Assembly (NCBI GenBank): GCA_964451135.1
Contig: CAYVGP010000011.1
Span: forward strand, 1 to 12,492
DNA length: 12,492 nt
Direction: 5' to 3'
Origin: an uncultured Methanosarcinales archaeon
Lineage (GTDB): Archaea; Nanobdellota; Nanobdellia; Woesearchaeales; JAADFO01
This document shows positions 6,029-12,492 of this stretch, in pieces (the first letter of the stretch is position 1; each line of letters opens with the position of its first letter). The notes under the pieces were generated by a model. It had not been told where the DNA came from, did no database searches, and saw nothing but the letters and a program-made list of their open reading frames with translations. A program made the position numbers and the translations under genes.

Positions 6029-6715
6029 ATGGGAAAAATGCTTGTTGAAGAAAAGGCAATAGTGGTTCCCGGCGAGGACCTCGCAGAGGGCATGGACTAC
6101 CTGCCGGGATACGGAACGTACAGGGATGGAGACAAGGTTGTTGCCGCAAGGCTCGGCCTCGTTTCCCTGAGCGGCAGGGCTGTGAAGATAGTCCCCCTCA
6201 CAGGAAAATACAATCCGAAGAAGGGAGACGTAATCATAGCAAGAGTGATAGACATAACAATCGGCGGGTGGAGGCTTGACACTAACAGCGCCTACTCCGC
6301 AATGCTCGGAATGAAGGACGCCACGAGCGAGTACATAGAAAGGGGGGCGGACCTCAGCAGGTACTTCAGCATTGGAGACTACGTTGTTGCAAAGGTGACA
6401 AACGTGACAAGCCAGAAGCTTGTTGACCTCTCCTTAAGAGGACCGGGCCTCAAAAAGCTCGGGGAGGGAAGGATACTGAAAGTGAATCCATTCAAGGTGC
6501 CCAGAATAATAGGCAAGGGCGGCTCAATGGTGAAGCTCATAAAGGACTCGACGGGCTGCAGGATAGTCGTTGGGCAGAACGGCATAGTGTGGCTGAGCGG
6601 AGAGCCCGAAATGGAGCTTCTCGCAGCAAAGGCAATCAAGCTCGTGGAGGAGCTCGCCCACACATCAGGGCTTACTGACAGGGTGAAAGAAATTCTCAGC
6701 AAGAAGGTGAAATAA
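6029..6715 (+). CDS. rrp4: Exosome complex RNA-binding subunit Rrp4 (S1 + KH domains)
   Basis: S1-like GDVIIARVIDITIGGWRLDTNS. KH GxxG loop in VPRIIGKGGSMVKLIKDSTGCRIVVGQNGIVWL. GAAGGTGA (6014-6021) lies 7 nt upstream of the ATG. Canonical operon position. Confidence 0.9.
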   Translation: MGKMLVEEKAIVVPGEDLAEGMDYLPGYGTYRDGDKVVAARLGLVSLSGRAVKIVPLTGKYNPKKGDVIIARVIDITIGGWRLDTNSAYSAMLGMKDATSEYIERGADLSRYFSIGDYVVAKVTNVTSQKLVDLSLRGPGLKKLGEGRILKVNPFKVPRIIGKGGSMVKLIKDSTGCRIVVGQNGIVWLSGEPEMELLAAKAIKLVEELAHTSGLTDRVKEILSKKVK

Positions 6716-7426
6716 ATGGCATTTGACAAGAGACCTGACGGCAGAGCTTATGACGAGCTCAGGCCGGTAGTGGCAAAGGCAGGCGTCATACCCAGGGCAG
6801 ACGGCTCAGGGTACTTCAAGATAGGAAAGTCAGAGGCCTACGCAGCTGTTTACGGCCCCAGAAACCTTTACCCCAAGTTCCTCCAGAACCCCCAGCAGGG
6901 AGTTCTGAGGGTGAACTACAACATGATGCCGTTCTCCTCGGCAGGGGAGAGAGTCAGGCCGGGGGGAAGCAGGAGAAGCAAGGAGATAAGCCTTGTGACA
7001 GAAAAGGCCCTGCTCCCAGCCATAGACCTCAACGAGTTCCCCAACTCAGTGGTTGACGTGTTCATAGAACTCATACAGACAGACGCAGGCACGAGGTGCG
7101 CGGGAATATGCGCTGCCTCAATAGCGCTTGCGGACGCGGGCATCCTCATGAGGGACCTCGTGGCTGCTGTGAGCGTGGGAAAGGTGGATGACAAGATACT
7201 CGTTGACCTCAACTACGAAGAGGAGGCATGGGAGGGAGAGGTTGCTGACATACCTGTGGCAATGGTTCCAAGAACTGGGAGATTCTCCCTGCTTCAGATG
7301 GACGGGATAATGACCAAGGAAGAGCTGCAGAAAGCCCTTGAGATGGCAAGGCCCAAGCTGATAGAAATAAACAGGATTCAGCGCGAGGCCCTCAAGGCAA
7401 AGTACCGCACAGGTGATGATAAATGA
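6716..7426 (+). CDS. rrp41: Exosome complex exonuclease Rrp41 (RNase PH-like, catalytic subunit)
   Basis: RNase PH N-terminal RPDGRAYDELRPV and ..TDAGTRCAGICAASIALADAGI... The ATG directly abuts the rrp4 TAA, with GAAGGTGA (6703-6710) 5 nt upstream. Confidence 0.9.
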   Translation: MAFDKRPDGRAYDELRPVVAKAGVIPRADGSGYFKIGKSEAYAAVYGPRNLYPKFLQNPQQGVLRVNYNMMPFSSAGERVRPGGSRRSKEISLVTEKALLPAIDLNEFPNSVVDVFIELIQTDAGTRCAGICAASIALADAGILMRDLVAAVSVGKVDDKILVDLNYEEEAWEGEVADIPVAMVPRTGRFSLLQMDGIMTKEELQKALEMARPKLIEINRIQREALKAKYRTGDDK

Positions 7427-8193
7427 TTATGGAACTCAGGCAGAACATACTGAAGTCCCTTGACAAGGGATTCAGGATAGACGGAAGGAAGTTTGACGAG
7501 TACCGCGACATAAGTGTTGAGTACGGCATATCGCAGAACGCAGAGGGCTCTGCAAGGGTCAGGATAGGAAAGACAGAGGTTGTCGCAGGAGTGAAGATGC
7601 TCGTTGACAAGCCCTACCCGGACAAGCCGGACGAGGGCTCATTGATGATAGGCGCAGAGCTTTTGCCCTTGTCAAACCCGGAGTTTGAGCTTGGACCCCC
7701 GGGAATATGGGCTATTGAGATAGCAAGGGTTGTTGACAGGGGAATAAGGGAATCAAACGCGATTGACACAAAGAAGCTCTGCATAGAGGCAGGGGAGAAG
7801 GTGTGGATAGTCTCAGTTGACATATGCACCATAAACGACGAGGGAAACCTGCTTGACGCCTCAGCGCTGGCGACCCTCGCGGCCATCAAAAACGCAGTTT
7901 TCCCTGCCTTTGACGGCAACGCTGTTGACTACAAAACGAAAACAGACAAAAAGATACCCCTCGTCAAGGAGCCCATAGAGGTCACGGTGGTGAAGATAGG
8001 CAAGCACTTCATCGTTGACCCCACAACAGAGGAGGAAAACGCGCTTGACGCAAGGCTCACAGTCGCCTCAACTGAGGATGGAAAGATATGCGCGCTGCAG
8101 AAGGGCGGAGACGAAACCCTGAGCAGCGAGGAGATTTTCAGGATGATTGACATAGCGCTGGACAGGGCGAAGCTCCTGCGCTCAAAGCTGTAG
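7423..8193 (+). CDS. rrp42: Exosome complex subunit Rrp42 (RNase PH-like, non-catalytic)
   Basis: RIDGRKFDEYRDISVEYG..AEGSARVRIGKTEV is an RNase PH fold, in the canonical position after rrp41. ATGA overlap with the rrp41 stop; AGGTGAT (7411-7417) lies 5 nt upstream. Confidence 0.9.
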   Translation: MIMELRQNILKSLDKGFRIDGRKFDEYRDISVEYGISQNAEGSARVRIGKTEVVAGVKMLVDKPYPDKPDEGSLMIGAELLPLSNPEFELGPPGIWAIEIARVVDRGIRESNAIDTKKLCIEAGEKVWIVSVDICTINDEGNLLDASALATLAAIKNAVFPAFDGNAVDYKTKTDKKIPLVKEPIEVTVVKIGKHFIVDPTTEEENALDARLTVASTEDGKICALQKGGDETLSSEEIFRMIDIALDRAKLLRSKL

Positions 8194-8202
8194 GGTGAGC
8201 AC

Positions 8203-8430
8203 ATGGAAGAATACACGAAGTACGAAAAAGCGAGGATTCTCGGCAGCAGGGCGCTCCAGATAGCAATGGGCGCTCCTTTCCTTGTCAAGATAACAGAGGA
8301 GGAGCTTGAGAGAATCAGGTACAACCCCATAGAGATAGCCAAGATAGAGTTTGAGAAAGGGGTAATACCAATAACAGTCAAGAGGCCGTTCCCCCACGAG
8401 CTCCACCCCCCGCTGGAAAAGAGCGAATGA
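8203..8430 (+). CDS. rpoK: DNA-directed RNA polymerase subunit K (Rpo6 / Rpb6 homologue)
   Basis: [24 protein letters not shown] and ..[21 protein letters not shown] match the conserved RpoK/Rpb6 core. GGGTGA lies 4 nt upstream of the ATG. Confidence 0.85.
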   Translation: MEEYTKYEKARILGSRALQIAMGAPFLVKITEEELERIRYNPIEIAKIEFEKGVIPITVKRPFPHELHPPLEKSE

Positions 8431-8723
8431 GAGGCAGCAAAACAGAGCTCACCGAAAAGCTGAAAAAGTACTTTGAGGTAACAGGGAGGGCCCTTGAGAA
8501 GGTCAGGATTTCTGAGAAAAGGGAGTTCTCATGGGAAGAGAAGGCAAAGGACTTCCTTGACATGGCAAGAAGGTACTACCAGGACGCAAAGTACTTTGCT
8601 GAAAAAGGAGAGGAGCTCACAGCCTTCGCAGCCCTGAACTACGCCCACGGCTGGCTGGACGCCGGGGCAAGGCTCGGCTTGTTTGACGTGGAAGGGGACA
8701 GCAAGCTGTTCACTGTGGACTGA
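8427..8723 (+). CDS. Small helical protein, DUF357-like (function unknown)
   Basis: ATGA overlap with the rpoK stop. The motif [18 protein letters not shown]...[22 protein letters not shown] resembles what I recall of the archaea-specific DUF357 family. That assignment is from memory and unverified. Coding status itself is well supported by the coupling and charge pattern. Confidence 0.5.
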   Translation: MRGSKTELTEKLKKYFEVTGRALEKVRISEKREFSWEEKAKDFLDMARRYYQDAKYFAEKGEELTAFAALNYAHGWLDAGARLGLFDVEGDSKLFTVD

Positions 8724-8733
8724 TTTCTCTGAG

Positions 8734-8738
8734 AAAAA
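8734..8738 (-). terminator. Oligo-T tract downstream of cbf5 in the 29-nt convergent spacer
   Basis: The minus strand reads TAG GAGGCTCCAGTGGCTTTTTCTC. A T5 run is the usual archaeal termination signal. The spacer is shared with the end of the plus-strand operon. Confidence 0.3.
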
Positions 8739-8752
8739 GCCACTGGAGCCTC

Positions 8753-9751
8753 CTAGTCCTTCTCGTACTTGGGGTAGGTGCCGGGCTTCATGAAGACCTT
8801 GTGGGTTGAGACAGCAATACCCCTCTCTTCTGATATCATTCTCCTGCTCGTCACCCTCGCTGTCCCAAGAGCAACAAGCTCGTTCTTGAGCGTCATCACA
8901 GCAACAGTCTCGCCCTCCTGTATGTCTGACTCAACCCTTGAAATGCCCCTCACAGCCAGCTTTGCGCCGTGACAGATAGGGTCAACAGTGGTGTCAAGCA
9001 CCCACACCTTCGGAAGGTGGGCCACAGCAGCCTCAACAGGCTGAACAAGGCTTCTCAGATACTTGTCATTGCCCTGGCTAGAATAATAGTAGTAGGCGTC
9101 AGTGAGTTCCTGAAGCGTGCAGAGAGTGTCCTCCTTGAAGGGGCCAGCCTTGGTTCTCCTGAGCTGGTGCATATGCGCCCCCACTCCCAGATGAAGACCT
9201 ATGTCATGAACCAGCTTTCTTATGTAGGTGCCTGCCTGCGTCCCAACCCTGAAAAGAACGTCCTGCTCTGCCATGTCAAGAAGCTCAATGTAATAAACGT
9301 TCCTGTACCTAAGCCGCCTCTTGACAGCGCTTTTCTTGGGCGGAAGCTGCCTTATCCTGCCGGTGAATGCCTTGAAGGCGGCCAGCACCTTCTCTTTCGG
9401 AACCTGCTTGTGGAGGTGCATAAGGCACACGTACTCCTTTCCTGCTGTGAGCAATGCCTGCACAATCCTTGTTGCCTTCCCCAGAGCAACAGGTAGGACT
9501 CCTGTGACCTTGGGGTCAAGGGTGCCTGAGTGCCCGCCCTTCTCAATCCCAAGGATTGCCTGCACATAGGCAGAGACCTGGTGGGAGGAGGGTCCTGAGG
9601 GCTTGTCAATGTTTACGATGCCGTAATTAAGCAGCTCTTCTGTTGGGCGCAGCTCAGGGGAGCAGCCGAACTTGGGGCTTGTCTCTGCCTCCTCCCTCAC
9701 AAGCACCTTCCTCTTCAGCTTCTCAAATGGAAGAAGGTTCTCTGTTTCCAT
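8753..9751 (-). CDS. cbf5: H/ACA RNP pseudouridine synthase Cbf5 (TruB family with C-terminal PUA domain)
   Basis: IVNIDKPSGPSSHQV, the catalytic-Asp motif GHSGTLDPKVTGVLPV, KEYVCLMHLH, and a C-terminal PUA-like VWVLDTTVDPICHGAKLAVRGI...GETVAVMTLKNELVALGTA. Confidence 0.95.
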   Translation of the reverse strand: METENLLPFEKLKRKVLVREEAETSPKFGCSPELRPTEELLNYGIVNIDKPSGPSSHQVSAYVQAILGIEKGGHSGTLDPKVTGVLPVALGKATRIVQALLTAGKEYVCLMHLHKQVPKEKVLAAFKAFTGRIRQLPPKKSAVKRRLRYRNVYYIELLDMAEQDVLFRVGTQAGTYIRKLVHDIGLHLGVGAHMHQLRRTKAGPFKEDTLCTLQELTDAYYYYSSQGNDKYLRSLVQPVEAAVAHLPKVWVLDTTVDPICHGAKLAVRGISRVESDIQEGETVAVMTLKNELVALGTARVTSRRMISEERGIAVSTHKVFMKPGTYPKYEKD

Positions 9752-9773
9752 GAAGCAAGGTATTGGCAGGGGG

Positions 9774-9785
9774 TTTAAAAATATT
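9774..9785 (-). promoter_or_regulatory. TATA-like box for cbf5 (leaderless spacing)
   Basis: The minus strand reads AATATTTTTAAA, centred 28-29 nt upstream of ATG 9751, with no SD between. Confidence 0.45.
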
Positions 9786-9814
9786 GGCGTTGGGAAGAGT
9801 GTATCAGGGCTTCC

Positions 9815-10372
9815 TCAGAAGCGCTCTGACCTCATGCCGAGAGAGAATGCAGCGTTGTTCACAATGAGGTGGAGAACAGGGAAAAGAAGGAAAATCATGG
9901 CAAGATGCGGCAGGGGCGGCACAAAAACAGGGGACAAAAAAAGCACGCTCCCAAGAATCCAGTCAAGATAGTCAAATGGAATCCAGGCCTTCCCGGGCTT
10001 TATCCCCCTTCTTCTCTTGAAAAAGCTCTCCGCGGAGTCCCCAACCAGCGCCCCGAACCCCAGCAGAAAGCCTATGAGGAGCGGGCTGTGGGAGGAATAG
10101 TCTATTATGCTGAGAGACCTCAGAAGCGGAGAGACCTCAAACAGGATTCTCTGGGCATAAGCAAAAAGAACCCCGAAAAGAACCCCGAAAAGCAGCCCCC
10201 TGAAGGTTTTGTGGCTCCCCAGCACCCTCTTCCCCCTCCATTTCATGCCCAAGTCAAGGGGAACTGCAAGCGGCTTGAAAAGGTTCTTGAAGATGTCAGG
10301 AGCCATGTTGGCAGCGTAGGCAGGAAGCATCAGCCACAGGGACTCTGCAAAAATTCTGAAAAAGTCCGCCAT
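9815..10372 (-). CDS. carS: CDP-archaeol synthase (CDP-2,3-bis-O-geranylgeranyl-sn-glycerol synthase, DUF46 family)
   Basis: Polytopic membrane protein with LPAYAANMAPDIF, GSHKTFRG, GDSAESFFKRRRGIKPGKAWIPFDYLDW, matching the CarS family. It starts 2 nt after the upstream stop, with a GGGGGA SD. Confidence 0.85.
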   Translation of the reverse strand: MADFFRIFAESLWLMLPAYAANMAPDIFKNLFKPLAVPLDLGMKWRGKRVLGSHKTFRGLLFGVLFGVLFAYAQRILFEVSPLLRSLSIIDYSSHSPLLIGFLLGFGALVGDSAESFFKRRRGIKPGKAWIPFDYLDWILGSVLFLSPVFVPPLPHLAMIFLLFPVLHLIVNNAAFSLGMRSERF

Positions 10373-10374
10373 CG

Positions 10375-10935
10375 CTATCCCCCTGCCCTGAGAAGAGACT
10401 TTTTGCCCTCTCTGAAGTCAATTATTAGGAGCTGGGCCATAAAGCCAAGCAGGTTGATGAAAAAAATGAGGGAGAACACGAATCCAAAGCCAAGAAAGGG
10501 CGCAAGGAAGAGCGTCCACCTCTTGAAGCCGGGATCAAACCTCGCGCGTTTCCTCAGCGAGGTCACAAGAAGAATTGCGAAGTAGGCGAGGGCAGCTGCC
10601 TTCAGCGATGCGTAGCCGGAAATGACAAGGGCAACGAAAATCAGAAGCTCGCCTGACCTGTCAAAAAAGGTGTCAGTCAGTTCCCCTCTCAGAGAAGCGA
10701 GGCCGAACATTCTTGCAATCACCCCGTCAATTCCGTCAAACAAAAGAGAGAGCGCGAGAAACAGGTATGCAAAAGAAAAGTTCTTTGCGTAAAAGAAGAA
10801 AGCAGAGACTGCGCATGAAATAAAATGCATTGCAGAAACAGTGTCAGGGCCGAGGCCTAGATATTTGTGCATGAACCTTGCTGCACGAGAAAATGCCCTG
10901 TCCGCAGGTCTTGTCAGAAAATCAGGAAGATACAT
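10375..10935 (-). CDS. CDP-alcohol phosphatidyltransferase family protein (archaetidyl head-group transferase; alcohol specificity undetermined)
   Basis: The family motif D-G-x2-A-R-x8-G-x3-D-x3-D is present as DGVIARMFGLASLRGELTDTFFD within LFDGIDGVIAR.... Membrane protein. The track start is GTG 10965. ATG 10935 (MYLPDFLTRP..) is preceded by GGTGGTG. Either start overlaps the upstream gene. Confidence 0.85.
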   Translation of the reverse strand: MYLPDFLTRPADRAFSRAARFMHKYLGLGPDTVSAMHFISCAVSAFFFYAKNFSFAYLFLALSLLFDGIDGVIARMFGLASLRGELTDTFFDRSGELLIFVALVISGYASLKAAALAYFAILLVTSLRKRARFDPGFKRWTLFLAPFLGFGFVFSLIFFINLLGFMAQLLIIDFREGKKSLLRAGG

Positions 10936-11333
10936 AGCACCACCGTTAATCCTATCTGAAGCCACCTGTCCTTTTTCAGCCTCATGGCTCCTTTCATTTT
11001 AAGGTTGGAGTAGGGGAAGAACGGCCTTTTTGAGTAGCTCATCAGGTAGTCCAGAAGCAGGTGAAGGGAAAAGAAGATTACGGGCACAAAGGAGCTGAGG
11101 TAAATGCTCAAAGGAGCCACCCACAAAAGGGATATTGGCTCCTGAAGAGGGGTGCGCCAGTTGAGATGCCTCTTTCTCTTGGATTTCGGAAGGGAAAAGT
11201 AAAGTGGAAGCTTCAAGAGATGGTCAATGTCCACACCAACACCGAAAACAAGGGCAATGAGAAGGTCAGAGGAGTTAAGGGACATTGCCTTGGCAAGCAC
11301 AAGAACAGCAACTATGTGCGTGAAGATGTTCAT
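10914..11333 (-). CDS. Membrane-bound metal-dependent hydrolase-like protein (DUF457/YdjM-like), 139 aa
   Basis: MNIFTHIVAVLVLAKA..., GVGVDIDHLLK and SLHLLLDYLMSYSKRPFFPYS match the His/Asp-bearing TM pattern I associate with DUF457 (unverified). The track start (11426) adds 31 non-hydrophobic codons that span a TATA-like box. ATG 11333 lies 28 nt downstream of that box centre. Confidence 0.55.
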   Translation of the reverse strand: MNIFTHIVAVLVLAKAMSLNSSDLLIALVFGVGVDIDHLLKLPLYFSLPKSKRKRHLNWRTPLQEPISLLWVAPLSIYLSSFVPVIFFSLHLLLDYLMSYSKRPFFPYSNLKMKGAMRLKKDRWLQIGLTVVLCIFLIF

Positions 11334-11354
11334 AGAGTTGTGAGTTTCAGGGAT

Positions 11355-11367
11355 GTTTAAATTATTT
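11355..11367 (-). promoter_or_regulatory. TATA-like box for the hydrolase/transferase/carS operon (leaderless spacing)
   Basis: The minus strand reads AAATAATTTAAAC, centred 28 nt upstream of ATG 11333. Confidence 0.45.
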
Positions 11368-11411
11368 GCGCAAGCCAAGAGGGCATCTGGGAAAGAACTC
11401 ATAGAACAGCC

Positions 11412-11416
11412 AAAAA
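11412..11416 (-). terminator. Oligo-T tract downstream of the surface-protein gene
   Basis: The minus strand reads GCTTCGGCTTTTTGGCTG (T5). A T4 run (11493-11496) lies immediately after the TGA stop. It sits between the surface-protein stop (11500) and the next promoter. Confidence 0.3.
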
Positions 11417-11499
11417 GCCGAAGCACTGCACCGAATGCCCAGCAGGAAAAGCCAGGCGTTCAAGTGATTTCAGAGTAGCCAAGATGAATTCCAAAAGAA

Positions 11500-12492
11500 T
11501 CAAGCTGCCCCCTGCGAGTGTGAAGAGCCGCTTCCCGAGCCGCCGCCAGATCTCGGTTGAGGGGCTGGAGCAGTTCCGCCTGCACCTCCCCCTGAGCCGA
11601 CATTCACCGTCGCGTTATGCACTTCCTCAACAGTTATAGTGTAAGGCGTGGTAATCCCATTAGAAATCCGGAAGCTGTTTACAGTTGGAGCCTCAATCCT
11701 TATATCGCTAGTACCTGCCTGAATGGCATTGAATGTGAGGCTGACAGCTGGCTTGGTTCCGCTGATCGCATTGTTTGAATCCAGAACAGCACACGCAATC
11801 TCGTATCTTCCTTCTGATCTTTTCTGTTTCAGGCAGAAGAAGGAACCGTCTGCAACAGAAGGCATAGAAGGCTTGGCTGTTGAAACAATCTGAACAACTG
11901 AGGAGTCAAAAGTTATAATCGGGTTCAGACCCACAACATTATTCAGGTTTGCAGAATAGATAACAACATTGAATGTTTCCCCTGCAGAGAGTGTTGTTTT
12001 GGACGGCACAACCCAGAGGCTTGGCTTGGTGTCGCAGGCAGGGCTCTGGCACGCGCAAGCTGGGCAAGGACCCCCGCAGTCAATTCCTGTTTCACCCTGG
12101 TTCTGCACACCATCAGAGCAGGTCGGCGTCTCCTGGGTTCCTCCGCCTCCCCCTGCCTGGTTGCACTGCTGCTCCGAGCAGTCGCCGTTCTCAATGCAGT
12201 TGCAGTCCACATCAGGGTCGCAAACCCCGTCATCGCAGGGTATCCAGCCAACGCATGCTCCATCCACACAACTGAAGCCGCACTCCTCTGTTTTTTCTAT
12301 TCCGTTCTCGCAGTAAATCCTTGTTGAGCCGTTGCAGGCGGATGCGCCCTCCTGGCATGCCTCGGTAATTGTGAATTCCTGGGTGAAGATGTAGTACTTG
12401 GAGAGGTCCCATTGCATTTTTTTGATGTTAAGCCTGTACGCTGAAAGGGATATTGTGTGCTTGCCAGGAGACAGGCCAGCAATGGTAAGGAC
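11500..12492 (-). CDS. Secreted/surface protein fragment: Cys-rich modules + cohesin-like beta-sandwich + Gly/Ser/Pro tail (N-terminus beyond the right edge)
   Basis: The track begins at an internal Met (12417), but the 25 in-frame codons up to the window edge are all sense: VLTIAGLSPGKHTISLSAYRLNIKK. That reads like the end of another beta-sandwich domain. Next come ~27 Cys in ~110 aa, including TCSDGVQNQGETGIDCGGPCPACAC. Then a cohesin-like segment, LWVVPSKTTLSAGETFNVVIYSANLNNVVGLNPIITFDSSVVQIV...AVSLTFNAIQAGTSDIRIE. The tail is GSGGGAGGTAPAPQPRSGGGSGSGSSHSQGAA*, with no terminal TM anchor. Confidence 0.75.
   Translation of the reverse strand, partial: VLTIAGLSPGKHTISLSAYRLNIKKMQWDLSKYYIFTQEFTITEACQEGASACNGSTRIYCENGIEKTEECGFSCVDGACVGWIPCDDGVCDPDVDCNCIENGDCSEQQCNQAGGGGGTQETPTCSDGVQNQGETGIDCGGPCPACACQSPACDTKPSLWVVPSKTTLSAGETFNVVIYSANLNNVVGLNPIITFDSSVVQIVSTAKPSMPSVADGSFFCLKQKRSEGRYEIACAVLDSNNAISGTKPAVSLTFNAIQAGTSDIRIEAPTVNSFRISNGITTPYTITVEEVHNATVNVGSGGGAGGTAPAPQPRSGGGSGSGSSHSQGAA

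Noticed and set aside
6097-8406. Minus-strand ORFs inside rrp4, rrp41, rrp42 and rpoK (e.g. 6379..6729, 6916..7212, 7614..7919, 7929..8381)
   Set aside because: Antisense shadows of conserved exosome genes. They are Ser/Leu-rich, low-information translations.
8778-9609. Plus-strand ORFs 8778..8972, 8969..9496 (175 aa) and 9321..9569, and minus out-of-frame 9352..9609
   Set aside because: They overlap cbf5, whose frame is confirmed by the GTLDP catalytic motif and PUA domain. No independent signals.
8724-9814. Search for an H/ACA guide sRNA or tRNA adjacent to cbf5
   Set aside because: The flanking spacers are only 29 and 63 nt and are accounted for by a T-run and a TATA box. There is no hairpin-ACA architecture and no cloverleaf.
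9869-10585. Plus-strand ORF 9869..10585 (238 aa), very basic and Lys/Arg/Pro-rich
   Set aside because: Antisense to carS and the CDP-alcohol phosphatidyltransferase. Its basic, low-complexity composition is what the complement of hydrophobic membrane-protein codons produces. It also spans a gene boundary on the other strand.
11334-11426. Track's longer start (11426) for the DUF457-like gene
   Set aside because: The extra 31 codons (MLRLFGCSMSSFPDALLACANNLNIPETHNS) cover the TATA-like box and a terminator-like T-run, and precede the natural MNIFTH... N-terminus.
11943-12482. Alternative-frame ORFs within the surface-protein gene (11943..12269 -, 11969..12316 +, 11973..12275 +, 12230..12412 -, 12297..12482 -)
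   Set aside because: They overlap the frame that carries the regular Cys spacing and the cohesin-like segment. Their products are Arg/Pro/Ser-rich, as expected for off-frames of GC-rich sequence.

Overview
Densely coding archaeal chromosomal segment with about 18 genes. I recognised no rRNA, tRNA, CRISPR array or transposase/integrase. Layout, left to right: (i) a class I fructose-1,6-bisphosphatase on the minus strand. It runs off the left edge and is absent from the supplied ORF track. (ii) A plus-strand NDP-sugar pair: a nucleotidyltransferase with an N-terminal ribbon-helix-helix (RHH) domain, then a phosphomannomutase/phosphoglucomutase. (iii) A more AT-rich minus-strand cassette with no recognisable family: a 174-196 aa protein plus an ATGA-coupled 48-codon hydrophobic, Cys-containing small ORF that is below the track threshold. 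(iv) The archaeal exosome superoperon on the plus strand: Pop5/Rnp2, proteasome alpha, SBDS, Rrp4, Rrp41, Rrp42. Here it is followed by rpoK and a DUF357-like gene. (v) Convergent cbf5 on the minus strand. (vi) A minus-strand lipid head-group operon: a DUF457-like membrane hydrolase overlapping a CDP-alcohol phosphatidyltransferase, followed by CDP-archaeol synthase (CarS). (vii) The C-terminal 330 codons of a Cys-rich, cohesin-like secreted protein whose frame stays open to the right edge. Operon-first genes have an A/T-rich TATA-like box centred 28-29 nt upstream of the ATG, which suggests leaderless mRNAs. Internal genes carry GAAGGTGA-type Shine-Dalgarno (SD) sites or ATGA overlaps. The most interesting candidates are the hydrolase/transferase/CarS cluster, the RHH-nucleotidyltransferase fusion with a tandem 10-bp repeat at its promoter, and the unassigned cassette. 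All family assignments come from motif recognition by eye; no database search was possible. The lineage (an uncultivated, possibly DPANN-like archaeon) is inference only.
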